Source: Octopus bimaculoides (Eukaryota). From it: a stretch of DNA of 64,000 nucleotides. The stretch spans positions 20,312,759 to 20,376,758 of the forward strand of contig NC_068984.1 in assembly GCF_001194135.2 (NCBI RefSeq). Direction: 5' to 3'. Under the pieces are notes generated by a model, which worked only from the letters and a program-made list of their open reading frames with translations, was not told the origin of the DNA and ran no database searches. Below, piece after piece: positions 25,116 to 38,375 of the stretch (its first letter is position 1; each line of letters begins with the position of its first letter). The position numbers and the translations under genes are program-made.

Positions 25116-26395
25116 GGGAGACACATATATATATGACATTGTTGAAAACATGAAAATCACAAATTAAATAACCAGTTCTCCCCCACCAAAATAGATTTCA
25201 AAGGTTGGCACAAAACTACACATTTGGGTGGGTGCAGGGTCAATTCAATTGATTCTAGAACTTGACTGGTACTAATTTTATCACATGAGAATGATGAAAA
25301 GCAAAAGTGACTTTGACAATGGATTCACAAATACAAAGAGATGTAACTTGATAGTGGAAGCAATTTTTCTGTTCTATTGATTCTGTTAATCAGACAATTC
25401 TGACTTAATTCTTCAAATTTCTAGATTCATCACCAACAATCATATTTTTAAAAATATTTTTACTAGGTGTGACTGCAGAAGCAAATAATTTTACAGTAAA
25501 ATAAATTGGAAAAAAATATTTTTATAGATCTGATACTTGCTTCTTCATAGACAAAAGTGTTCACAAATTAAATGCTAATTTGTATCTGCATTGCAAGAAA
25601 GTGTAAAATTATTAAGGATATTCTTGGCTATAGTAAACTTCATAGGATTGAAGTTTACTATAGCCATATCATTAGATAGCCCAGTCTTAATTCATATTAG
25701 TATAAAGAGTTACTTCCCTTGTTCCCATATATCGAACCCTTTCGTTAACAAATAAACCAGAGAATAACTTTAGATAGTTCAAGTCAGTAAATATTTATTT
25801 TTATAGATTTATAAAACAACAAAAGTAAAAAACACAAAAAATAATAGGGTTTTTTTTCCGATTCAGTTATTAAATTACGTTTATGTATTTGTTCTGCAAG
25901 ATTCCTGATGTGAAATCTTGTGTTGAAACAGATATTGTTATATTTCGAGACGGTCATTTCCCGTCCCACTTCGGCCAAATAAACACGCGCTACATACTCG
26001 TTCATCACTTCAGCTTTGTTATTGTTCTTATCCTAGTCTCCTTTGTTTCTTGTTTTTATTTTAGTGCCCTTAATCAGAAATCTTTTATCACACATTCTGT
26101 AACCTCTTCAACGACACTCCATCCCAAGTGTCTCCCTTTGTCTGAAATCTTTTGTCACACATCCTGCATGACGAAAGATTTTAAACAAAGGACACTAAAA
26201 TAAGAACAATAATGAAGCTGAAGTGATGAACGAATATGTAGTGCGGGTGTTCATTTGGCAAAAGGGGGGGGATGATTATCCTGAAATATAATTATGTTAT
26301 TGAATGAACAGAAAAGACTTGCTTTTGTACTTTCACCATAATTTTTTTTTTTTTTTTTTTTTAATATTAGACATGGTGGAAAATTGATTTCCTAC

Positions 26396-26616
26396 CATGT
26401 CTTATAATAATAATGATGAGAAAGTCATAAAAATTAAGCATTTCTATTACAAAAACTTCATTTCTGTATTACGTATATTCACGTCAGATGGTTAGACAAT
26501 TTAGGCCTTAACGTGAGGCAAGTTGGGACATAAATGTACATAATACAGAAATGAAGCTTTTTTAATAGAAATTCTTAATTTTTATGACTTTCTCATCACT
26601 ATTATTATAAGACATG
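26396..26616. mobile_element. MITE-like fold-back element, about 83-bp imperfect TIRs
   Basis: 26396-26478 is the reverse complement of about 26534-26616 with a few mismatches. Confidence 0.65.
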
Positions 26617-27607
26617 NNNNNNNNNNNNNNNNNNNNNNNNNNNNNNNNNNNNNNNNNNNNNNNNNNNNNNNNNNNNNNNNNNNNNNNNNNNNNNNNNNNN
26701 NNNNNNNNNNNNNNNNNNNNNNNNNNNNNNNNNNNNNNNNNNNNNNNNNNNNNNNNNNNNNNNNNNNNNNNNNNNNNNNNNNNNNNNNNNNNNNNNNNNN
26801 NNNNNNNNNNNNNNNNNNNNNNNNNNNNNNNNNNNNNNNNNNNNNNNNNNNNNNNNNNNNNNNNNNNNNNNNNNNNNNNNNNNNNNNNNNNNNNNNNNNN
26901 NNNNNNNNNNNNNNNNNNNNNNNNNNNNNNNNNNNNNNNNNNNNNNNNNNNNNNNNNNNNNNNNNNNNNNNNNNNNNNNNNNNNNNNNNNNNNNNNNNNN
27001 NNNNNNNNNNNNNNNNNNNNNNNNNNNNNNNNNNNNNNNNNNNNNNNNNNNNNNNNNNNNNNNNNNNNNNNNNNNNNNNNNNNNNNNNNNNNNNNNNNNN
27101 NNNNNNNNNNNNNNNNNNNNNNNNNNNNNNNNNNNNNNNNNNNNNNNNNNNNNNNNNNNNNNNNNNNNNNNNNNNNNNNNNNNNNNNNNNNNNNNNNNNN
27201 NNNNNNNNNNNNNNNNNNNNNNNNNNNNNNNNNNNNNNNNNNNNNNNNNNNNNNNNNNNNNNNNNNNNNNNNNNNNNNNNNNNNNNNNNNNNNNNNNNNN
27301 NNNNNNNNNNNNNNNNNNNNNNNNNNNNNNNNNNNNNNNNNNNNNNNNNNNNNNNNNNNNNNNNNNNNNNNNNNNNNNNNNNNNNNNNNNNNNNNNNNNN
27401 NNNNNNNNNNNNNNNNNNNNNNNNNNNNNNNNNNNNNAACTCAATGGCATTTTTTAAAAATGAAATACCTGAGAATGTTTATAATTAAATAGGTTTGAAC
27501 AAAAATTTTTACGTCATTTACTTCTATTTTTACCTCCCAACTGAATTTTGCTTAAGCACATACACTCCTTGTTTTTAAAATCATTAAGTATTACTTAAGA
27601 ACATTGC

Positions 27608-27821
27608 TTAACCCTTTAGCATTCAGATTACTCAGTCAAATGTAATGCTTATTTATTGACATCGTGTATTATATCATAGCTTCAAGATTTTGATGATATA
27701 ATTGTATATTTTTAGAATGACATTGTAGGGTAGGTGTGAGAAACCAGATATGACTGGTTTGAACATAAATAAAACAGAATATTTGGGCCTGATATGGCCA
27801 GTTTAAATGCTAAAGGGTTAA
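27608..27821. mobile_element. piggyBac-type TTAA MITE
   Basis: ttaaccctttagcatt...aatgctaaagggttaa; same family as 52890-53119 in opposite orientation. Confidence 0.8.
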
Positions 27822-30079
27822 ACAGCAATGCAATTTCATGACTTTGTATGGAGTTTAAGATGTTTGTAATAACATTACCACAAGAATCAGAAATGAAATC
27901 AAAAGTGTGAGCTTGAAGCAGCCATTTTTGCATGTGTCATTCACAAAGGTTTTTAAACAGAAGAACATAAGGATAAGCATTTTCTTCATTACATATTTCC
28001 AAAAATATTCAGACAGTAGATATCAAAAAAAAACAACAAAAAAAACCAGGCTCAGTTTACCAGATGATGATCAGAAATTAGTAACTCTGACTACTGGAAA
28101 TTGGAGCCTTTCAGTTATAATGTATTATATAAATTAATGGAGCTGTAACACTGAACAGCTTCAATATGAATATATCTTTGTAGCCCAAGTCTTGTTCACA
28201 TTTCAGAAGCACCTTGTTTTGATATTAAGTATTAGTTTATGAAAATTACCACTCCCATGAGACTATGGGACAAGAAAATACTTCAGCATTTGATCAGTTA
28301 CTAACATTCTATAAAGCTCAAGTTCAATCAACATGCTTCTGCTACTCTCTCTCTCTCTCTCTTTCACACAAACAAGCTGGATGACATTATAAAATGGTAA
28401 TTTGGTTGATTGCTAAATAACCATTAGTTCAAACATACTGCTTTGTCTTTCTACCAGCTCTACAATAATCTGTACTCCTTTAACCTAACAAACTGCATAC
28501 AAGTTCCAGCTAATCTCACCCAAATAGGTCTATCTCTGTTCTTCTCATCACTCTTTAGATCTCAATCCTTCTCAGAACTACAATCCTCTGGAATTCCTTT
28601 CTCCAAACCATCTTATCACATGCAGATATTTATCTAAAGTTATACAAGCTGAATTATTAGTTTTTCAGTTTCAAAGGGACTACAAACACCATGGGTGATA
28701 GTATCCCCTCTCTTTGGTTAATTTGAAGAGCAAAAAATAAAACATTCCACTAAGATCCAGTGAGCAGATCAATATAAAAATTTTACACACAAATGTAAAA
28801 GGAAAATACAGTCTATGGTATTAAGAAATAAAACAGTTGAAACTGAAACCATTTTGTATTCCAATGGCTTTAAAATCCCGTTAATTTGTTGATAAGTTGC
28901 AATGTCAATAATATGTATAGAGGAACTATGCTCAACAGAATCACACTCAATATATATTACATGTTAATAAGGCAGCAAGCTGGCAAAATTGTTAGCACAT
29001 CAGGCAAAATGCTTAGGGGTATTTTATCTGTTCCGAGTTCAAATTCACCAAGGTCAGCTTTGTCTTTCATCCATTCAGGGTTAATAAAAAAATAAGTACC
29101 AGTTGAGTACTGGGCTTGAAATAATTGACTTGCCCCTCCCCCGAAATTGCGGGCCTTGTGCCAAAATTTGAAACCAATATATTACATATTACATGTTAAT
29201 TATATTGACAATCCTGGAAGAATAATGAGTAAAGCTGCCCCAGTTAGACTTGGACTAAGAACAGTCAGATACCAAAGGAGATACAATAATGAATCTAGTC
29301 CAGTGCTTCAGCTCTTCATTAGCCACATCACCACAACTTCAATGCAATATTAACGGAAAAGATGGCAGTATTTATCACAACGTCTGCAATCCCTACCAGA
29401 CTGGTGAAATCAATGCAGTTGCAAAAACAAACAAACAAACAAACAAAAACAGAATGTTCCAGAAGGGCTGTAATTCTGAATAGGAAATCTTAAGCAAAAT
29501 GTATTGTGCAACCAACTTGCTCTCTCTTCCTTACTCTCAGAAAAACAACCAATAAGAGCCTACAATGTCACAATTTTTGCTCCTCATGGCAGATGAAGTT
29601 ACTGAACTCTTCCACAAATTTTGCTATGGAGTAATTGTTATTAATACAAACTATCACCAGTTCCTCAAATTCTAAATTTCACACTGCTTTGTATAAAGTG
29701 AGACACAATAGAAATAATGAATGGAGGATAGATTAGGACATTGAGTGGATTTTAGGAGAGATTTATCTGTTCAGAAGAGCAGAAGTATTATAAAAATGAT
29801 AGGAGGAAAACATTGTCTTTCTCTTTATGTATGTATGCTTGAGCAAAACGAAACAGCATATAACAGTCAATGAGAGAAAGGGGTAGCATGGCTGTGTGGT
29901 TGACAAGTTTACTCTGCAACCATGACTTCGTTGATAAAATAACACAAATGTGTAGCATTTTCAATAGATGCAGTTTTCCAGCTGTCCACACACACACACA
30001 ATCATTTTATGTCCACTTTTATATATATACATACACACACATACATTTTAAGGCCATTTTTCATTACAATAAGAGTTAG

Positions 30080-30660
30080 CCTTGCAGGCTCCATGAGATT
30101 CTTTCTCATTTTACCCCTGTACTCTACATTCCCCCATAATCAACACCCTTGCATTCATTTCCTCCTCTATCATTTTTAGCCATATATTTCTGTCTTCCCC
30201 ACATTCATTTCCATCTCTTCTATCACCCAGTCACCTTCATCCTTCCTCAGCCAACTCATCCCATTTCTCTTCACCTTATCCATCATGGACTCTATTTCCA
30301 TAATTATCTGTAATTCATTTTCTGTTTTCTTCTCTCACCAAATCATTCCCATTTCCATTCTTCCCAGCCTTATTTGTTGCTTATTCATTTCCTACATCTC
30401 ACTCATGTACATGCTGTGTACAGCTTAACCTTCAGTTTCAGTGAGGTTTCTCCTCATTAGTATGCAACATGTCACTTAAGAAAATATTCTTACACTTTCC
30501 ATCTTCACATTATTTCCAAGTTCCAACTCGACAGTTTCTCCATATGCAACTCCCTCCATACACACTTTATCAGCTAATAACCATTGCACCATTACATTAC
30601 CCATGAACCCATGTAAATTTTTTATATATATAGTAATCTGATGCATATGCAAAATATACA
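30080..30660 (-). mobile_element. Old decayed RTE LINE fragment
   Basis: Weak similarity to RTE C-terminal motifs; flanked by an RTE tail at 30670. Confidence 0.45.
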
Positions 30661-33100
30661 TCTATTCAACATCATCATTTAACGTCCATGTTCCATGCTG
30701 GCATGGGTTGGATGGTTTGACAAGACACAATGAGCCCAAGGACCAAATAACCAAGAAAAAAATGTCATCCACAGAACAAGTATTACTTCTTGTGAAGACT
30801 GAAGCCAGTACATAATATACTTTACATGACTGAAGTGGCACAATTGGAGAGGGTACACATTTTGCTTGAATTATTTTGACAATACGCAAGTATTGTCTTA
30901 CAGTTGCAGCACAACTAAGCCCTAAACATTTTCACAAATATGTTAAAACAGCACTGCAGCATGATCAGTGTGAGTACAACTGACAAAGTGCACTTTGTGG
31001 TTTTCAACTAGACAGATGACAAACGACATCATGAGGAAAGGAAAGCCAAAACACAAAATTCTGAATGGTGAAAAGGATGAAGGTGCAGATTGGATTTATT
31101 GAGGCACTTGTGGTCTCAGTCTAAAAACCAAACAACACCCAGACTTCATGGAGTGGTCATATTTGAAAAAAAGGGGTGTCCTTTTGCCAAGTTGAGTGTG
31201 TCACAAGAAGGCAATATGGACTGGACTTACAAAAGTAAGCATTTCTAGTATTATCATCATCATTATCTTCATCTCATCATCAACATCAATTAGCATCTGT
31301 TTTCCATGCTGGCATAGGTTAGATGGTTTTCCTGGTAAGCCAGAGAACTGTACCAGGCTCCAATCTGATATGGTTTGATTTCCACAGCTGGATGCCCTTC
31401 CTAATGCCAACCATTCCAAAAGTGTAGTGGGTGCTTTTGATGTGCCACTGGCATCGACTATGATTTCACTTGGTTCTCAAGCACAGAAAATCACCAAAGG
31501 TCACAATCATTCGTCATCACTTCTGTGAGACCCAACATCTGAAGATGATAATGTATATGATGTGCAAGAATAATGGTGCACAGTATTTCCAGTAGACTGT
31601 TATGGATTTGGAGTTAGATCCACAATGTTCCACCTCACTGGCATTGGATTGAGAAAGGATAATAAAACAGTGATTGATTAGTTGTAGAGAGAAGCAGAGA
31701 ATGTCTCATCATAGAAGGAGCATGTACCTGAAAGATCATCCACAGCCAGTGACAGAATGAAATACACACTACATGACTAGGGTGGTAGCAGATTTCCCTT
31801 AGTTTACTGTGGTAACTTCATATATGTCAGAAAAAGTAAAAACATGCTCTGATGTGGGCCCAATGGATCCATACATTCCATGATACCATCAATGCAACTT
31901 GATATTGCTGGAAGGAGTAATACAGTCGGAAAAGTGCTAAAATCATTGTTATATATATATACACACACACACACAAGCATATATATAGCCACAAAAACAT
32001 ATACATATATATAGAGAGAAGAGATAGAAGACGTGCATGTAAGACTTTCTTGAACCAGTATGCAGGTATATGTGCACATAAGGTTGACAGTTTGAATTGT
32101 AGCAGGTTATTTAGTTTGGAGATAAAAATAAAAATAGCAAATAGGTAGATTCTGGGGTGGTGCAACTGTGGGATAGGATTTGTGGAAGGTATTCAGTAAA
32201 GACTCTGGATGATGATTAGAAGGGAAGTAGTTAAATTAAATCATTCAAGATGGGAATGAAAAATTCAAAAAAAGAGAGGGTACAAGAGGTAGAGTGAACA
32301 CAGCTTGAGTGTGGGTCATGATGTGTGAAAAGCAATGTTGAGTAAAGGCTCGCACTCTAGGATGTGTTTATCTGTGCATCGTGGTTGTTTCATCCTACAA
32401 TTCTGATTGTGTGACATGCAGGACATTTCTCAAGGCATTAAGGATGTGAAGTGAAACAACTTCAACCACAAGCACATATGTTAAGGATATATTAACTGCT
32501 AAGACATTAATGTAAATGATATTAGGACATTATAAACCCTACTTTTATATCAGTGGATCTGTGCTTTTTTTCTTTTTCAAATTCATGTTTTTAATATTTA
32601 ATATCATTTACAGTTGCTAAGGCTTTACATGTTAGTGCAAATCCATCTTTAACATGTTAGTGTAAATCCATCTTAAAAAGAAATATAACCTATGTCATAA
32701 ATAAAATGGACCAATGTTTTCTTTTGATATACTAAAGAGCTTGTAATAATTTTGTCTTATCCTTGTCTTCATTCTCCTTTTAATGAGAATTCAAGTGAGG
32801 TGAACCAAGCTTTTACAAACCTTAAGAAACCAAATCAAATGATGTTTCTCTCTCACACACATTTTTCTTCTTCATTTTAAAAATGAAACACAACACTAAT
32901 AATGGTATTGGTGACATACAACAAGTGATATTGTTTCAACATAGAATCGAAACAAGTACACAAGATTGACTCCTTGAAAGTTAACCTCTATTGTATATTC
33001 CCACCCACTAACTAAAAACAATAATAATCACTTCAAAATCAACAAAACTTTTATATAATAAACCTTTTTTTCTGATTTCTTCTTTTTCTTTAGTAACTTA

Positions 33101-34471
33101 TCACAGAAAAAAATCGACATCGTGGAAATCATCATCGATATCAACTCCTTCAAAAAGCCGGTTAAAACATGGACTGGCACTCGAACTGAAATGTATGTAA
33201 GGCGAATTCCTCGGTAAAGTTTCCATGCATAACCAACAAAAGAATGCATTGCATTTGGAGCAAGCCATCTTGTTGCAACCATCTATTTTCTGGATGTAAG
33301 TGTTACAATGAGGACATTGCTTGCTGTGTTGCTCAAGCCATTCTTGTGAGAAAGACTCATCAACAATATCCTGTAAGTGTTTTTTGCCAAAGCGTTTTTC
33401 CAAAATATGCTTGGTTTCAGCATCAGCACCCAAATATTCATCTTTCAACTTTTGTCGATCCTCAGATTTCATTTTACAGTTAGATAAACCATGGTATGTT
33501 AGCCTACAGAGACTACAAAATACCAGGTTGCAACTGGGGCAATTGCCTATATTACAACCACGGTCTAAAATGACAGGTTGACCGCAAGCTGGACGAGGGC
33601 AGTATACTAAATCTGTCATTGTCTGAAGACCTAACTGTAAGAGTAGGTAGTCATATCTGGAGAAGACATCGGGGTCCACAAGTGACTTAACTTGAGATGG
33701 ATGAATTTTAGATTCACATTTGTCCGTTGGGCATTGTAATCCGTTAATATTTCCGTCTTTTATATTGATAGTAAAATATTCTTTCATACAGTCTTTACAG
33801 AAAACATGTTCGCAGCTATCAAGCTTAATACACTTTGAACCTAGTTTATCACAGAAGCAAATGTTGCAAGTAAACAAAGTTTTTGAAAATTGTCTCTGAT
33901 TTTCCTGGTTGTTGTAATCAAGAATAGTTGGTAACAATAAATCCTGAGAAGCTATATCTTGTATTCCGCGGGGATCGAACTGACCATCTGTATCTTCGTT
34001 ATGTTTAGTACCAACCGAATTGCTTACCACGCTTGATAGATCTAAAGGAACTTTTAATCCGAGCAAATCGAACGTTTCATTTTCAAGAACGTCAAACCAA
34101 AGAAATAACACTACCATGCCATTATTTTCCTGATAAACTTGGTCAAGCCGCTTACATAATATATCGAGTTGGCTCTTAGAAAGCCACTTGCAGGAAAGTG
34201 TGAAAATAGGTGCATGGTGCGAAGGATAGCCTGTAGGAAGTTGAAAGTTGAGAACAAGAGGTGGCAAGTGTTTGATATGATTGAGTTTTTCTGTTATATT
34301 AGCCGATGCTGAATCGCTATCGCTGCTTTGTATTTTGACACTGAACGGTTGAGGTAACTTCAATTTGGCAACAAACTGACCACCGTAGTCATCAAGTGAA
34401 GGTAGAAATATATCCTCTTCATAGATGCTGCTTATAGCAACTAGTTCTTCAGCTCGTTCATCGTTGTCCAT
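33101..34471 (-). CDS. RNF14: E3 ubiquitin-protein ligase RNF14 (ARA54): RWD + RING1-IBR-RING2, single coding exon, about 456 aa from MDNDER (in-frame upstream ATG at 34483)
   Basis: Uninterrupted ORF. EELVAISSIY, LPPLVLNFQLPTGYPS, CKWLS, CNICFCDKLG, YCPRPAC, FCSLCRLTYHG, KIDGCNKM (catalytic Cys), FCWLC and PCFNRLF match human RNF14 motifs along the whole length. Confidence 0.96.
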   Translation of the reverse strand: MDNDERAEELVAISSIYEEDIFLPSLDDYGGQFVAKLKLPQPFSVKIQSSDSDSASANITEKLNHIKHLPPLVLNFQLPTGYPSHHAPIFTLSCKWLSKSQLDILCKRLDQVYQENNGMVVLFLWFDVLENETFDLLGLKVPLDLSSVVSNSVGTKHNEDTDGQFDPRGIQDIASQDLLLPTILDYNNQENQRQFSKTLFTCNICFCDKLGSKCIKLDSCEHVFCKDCMKEYFTINIKDGNINGLQCPTDKCESKIHPSQVKSLVDPDVFSRYDYLLLQLGLQTMTDLVYCPRPACGQPVILDRGCNIGNCPSCNLVFCSLCRLTYHGLSNCKMKSEDRQKLKDEYLGADAETKHILEKRFGKKHLQDIVDESFSQEWLEQHSKQCPHCNTYIQKIDGCNKMACSKCNAFFCWLCMETLPRNSPYIHFSSSASPCFNRLFEGVDIDDDFHDVDFFL

Positions 34472-35420
34472 TTCGAAATGCATGGAAAATCAAACAAAAA
34501 ATATCTAGCATTCGAAAAGTATGTTTATTTATTGAGCTGTCTTATTTTTTGCTTGTTTATTTTTCTTTCATTATGTTCTTACATATACATACAAATGATG
34601 GTACTCACGAAAACAAGTTCACAAGTGAAGAACACAGTATATTTTATAAAGAATTCAAAGTAGCTTCTGCCAATAAACCACGTTGCTGAACACAACTAAC
34701 AGAGACACTCCCCCTGCAGTGGTAGTTTCGTCAAAATCAAAAAGTTATTAACTTTTTTTTATATTAAATTATCATCACAATCATTATTATTATTTCTCTG
34801 TCATAATCAACTATTTACCGAATATTTTATAGACATAGACTATCTAATTTGTAGTTTACGATTTCCAAGTTGTCTTTGTTATTGTTTTGTTTAAGCAGCT
34901 GATAAGTTAAGGAAATGTTTTTGATCAAAGTCAGCTGGGTGCCATCATTCATAAAGCTTATTAAAGCTACAATAGAAAATTACGTTTTTAAGTTAAACTG
35001 GATAAACTAAACAACTTTCTATTTAGTTAGTTTGATGTCAGAGTGAGAGGGAGAGATAGCAATTCTCATATTTAGCTTTTCGTGAAGCAAGCAAAGCAGC
35101 CGGATGTAATTGGTTCAGAGAAAAAGAGAAAGCGGAACTTGTATTGTTTATCTTTCTTAAGAACATTATCGATGTAACAATAACCATTCCTATTAAGGAT
35201 TGAAACCTTATTCGTTTTTTTCTGTATGATAAGATTTACATAAATGATTTTTTTAAAATAGAGTTTTAAGATTTCAAATTTATTGTAGGTGTAGAAATAA
35301 GAAAAGAAGGCGTTCATGACATTCTCGAAAGTATAAAGGACATGTATAACCGGCGTAGTTCAAACAGGAATCGAATCTAGCTCAGGAATAGCCTTCTCAT
35401 AACGGCAACGTATCTATCTC

Positions 35421-35457
<37 letters not shown>

Positions 35458-35659
35458 TACACACACTCATTATTGTACTTTAGTATTGAGTGCTTTGTTC
35501 AATATGCATAAAAAGTGTTGGTGGAAATTCTATACAATGTATCCCATGTAAACTATGGATGTACAAGAGGTGTAGTAGATCATAGACAAGCTTTTTGAAT
35601 GTGGTTGGGTGCTTTGTAATCAAGAACAGGAAAAAGCGGAAGACCTTTAACAGGGACCT

Positions 35660-36250
35660 ATCAACTCTGGCCATGAGAAATAAAAATTCTCAGAGTTCAG
35701 GCATTATCGGATGGCTGAGTTCATCCAAGAGAACTGGGACATCACCAGTGAAATGTTAGCAAGTCAATGAGAGCCATTGCCAAGCACTACTAGGTGGCAG
35801 AGTCCAATACCAGACTTGTGGTGTAACAGGACATCAGGTACAATTCCTACGTGCAGCGGTGAGGGCAGTGACCTAGTCAAAGTGCTTACTGTTCAAACCC
35901 AAACACTAATATATACATCATGCTGAGTTTCTTCTCCAGTGAAAAGAACTTCAACAGAACTAGGAGCTGAATAGGAGGGACAAGAAGTTCTGCATGGACT
36001 CGCTGGAGATCATACTAAGTTCCTGTTATCTCTGATTGAAGAGCTGGTCAGGGAAGTCTATGTATTTCAATAGAAGTCAACTTCCTTCCATATGACCCTC
36101 ACAACACAGGAGTGGCTGGTCGAGAATTTTCATGACCATATAAATCCCAACATGTGGAATCCTAGGGCTTCAATCAGACAATCTGACTGGCAGCCCTTAG
36201 AACACCAAAGATTCACTGAAGGATGCCATCATGGCTGTGATTGGTAACAT
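35660..36250 (+). mobile_element. Decayed Tc1/mariner (DD37D-like) transposase fragment
   Basis: FFSSEKNF (WFFSDEKNF-like); IEELVREVYVFQ; TQEWLVENFHDHINPNMW. Confidence 0.75.
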
Positions 36251-38119
36251 AAATAAGAACCTTCTAGTTCTGGCATCCTGTCTCTTCTGTGGCTGCATCA
36301 AAACCATAACTGATGATATAAACAATTTTATTAAAAACTTGTACTTTATTATTGAGTTCTTTTACTTGTTTGTAAATTCAAGTATATGCATATGTGCACA
36401 TACATACAATATAAAGTTGACTGTGATTTACTCTTTTTTGACAAAAGGTTGGACAATTACAATACTGATGATGGCTATTGAACCAGAAACACATGTCTAC
36501 AACTGTTTTTATGTCTCCAGACAACAAGCTTGATCTTTTTCTTAATGGCATGTCAACTGCAGAGAATTCATGAATCTTGAGATTATTTTCTTTCTCAGGA
36601 GATAATTTACATAAATCAAGAATTAATATTGCATTGTATATAGTATTTGATATACTTGTGTTTGTGTGTTTTATATATATATTAACTGAAGTGTACAGTA
36701 TTATATATCCATTATGGCTGATCTTACCAATCAGTTTCATGCTAGAGATTCAATGGGGTGTTAGGTAACAATCCAATTATGTAACCCAGCACTCATCAGG
36801 GGTAACCATTACAGAATAAAATATGGCAACTGCTCTCTATTGTTGGAGGTGAATAAACACATCCGGTTTGTGGATAGACATATATATTTATATGTGGATC
36901 AAAACAGTCTGATTCAAATTCATTGGTACTTTAAGTTTCAAAGTGTAATGCTAATCCCCAGCCATTGGAATATATATATATATATATATATATANNNNNN
37001 NNNNNNNNNNNNNNNNNNNNNNNNNNNNNNNNNNNNNNNNNNNNNNNNNNNNNNNNNNNNNNNNNNNNNNNNNNNNNNNNNNNNNNNNNNNNNNNNNNNN
37101 NNNNNNNNNNNNNNNAGAGAGAGAGAGAGAGAGATCAAAACAGTTTGATTCTTAAATTTCGCACCACTCTTGTTCAATAAACACTGGAGTTAAATTTGCA
37201 AAGCTGTTTATTTCCTCCTTTCGATTTTTTATGTTTATTTCAGCGGATTACCAAACTGTCAGTTTGGTCTCCTAGCTAACGGTATATACATATATACGAC
37301 GGGCTTCTTTCAGTTTCCCGTCTACCAAATCCACTCACAAGACTTTGGTCGGCTCAAGGCTATAGTAGAAGACATTTGCCCAAGGTGTCACGCAGTGGGA
37401 CTGAACCCAGAGCTATGTGGTTGGTAAGCAAGCTACTTACCACCCAGCTACTCCTACGCCTATAGTTAACCACTTATACAGAAAAAGTAAGCATTATACC
37501 GCCCAGCATAAATAAAAGTTAACTTCATTATAGTTTTTCTGTAAAGACCTATTCTGACATTAAATAAGTCAACTTCCCAACTGTATAGTCCTTTGTTCGG
37601 TCCCACTGCGTGACACCTTGGGCAAATGTCTTCTACTATATCATTGGGTTGACTAAAGCCGTAAGAGTGGATTTAATAGACGGAAACTGAAAGAAGCCCA
37701 TCGATATGTGTGTGGTCTTGTGTTTGTCCCCAGCTACCGAACTTAGCAAGGTACCACGCAGTGTGACTGAACTTAGGACCATGTGATTAGGTGCAAACTT
37801 CTCACCACACAGCCACGTTTATGTATTTGTTTTGCAAAGTTCCTGATGTGGAACAGTGTGTTGAAACAGATATTGTTATATTTCAGGATGGTCATTTTCT
37901 TTCTTTTTTTTTTTTCTTACCAAATAAACACATGCACTGTATATATTCGTTCAACACTTCAACTTCATTATTCTTATTTTATTGTCATTTGTCTGAAATC
38001 TTCCCTCACACATCCTGTTAACTCTCCAACGACACTCTGTCCCATGTATCACCTCCTGTTTTTGTTCAGTCCTTTAGAAAAAATGTAAACTAATTTGTTA
38101 AGTTCGAAAACTGGTCTAG

Positions 38120-38308
38120 AAATAAGAGAGCAGAAAAAAAAAAAAAAACTCATGATCACGTGGCACGAGTCATTCGAATAAATTGGCGTCTCGCTAAGTA
38201 GCTTGTTTACTCCAATCTATCCTTATTAATTCGTCCTGTTTTCTACATCGGTTTATTTTTCATATATATATACACGCATACAGATTCATTTTATTATATG
38301 AATTAATA
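38120..38308 (+). promoter_or_regulatory. Putative NXF1 core promoter / 5' UTR with E-box CACGTG (38157-38162)
   Basis: CpG-containing stretch immediately upstream of the ATG; motif match only. Confidence 0.4.
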
Positions 38309-38375
38309 ATGAGTGGCCACCATCGTGGAAATTTCTCTGTTACGACTGGAAGAGACGGGTCCCGTTCAGTTTATG
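38309..38375 (+). CDS. NXF1: NXF1 coding exon 1
   Basis: MSGHHRGNFSVTTGRDGSRSVY G|gtacgt; follows a CpG-rich promoter-like region. Confidence 0.7.

Noticed and set aside
29200-29660. Possible old LINE or coding remnant (FLLLMADE)
   Set aside because: Single weak motif, no consistent frame or splice signals.
35290-35390. RKEGVHDILESIKDMYN reading, resembling a LINE RT fragment or small gene
   Set aside because: Too short and stop-bounded; similarity is not distinguishable from chance by eye.
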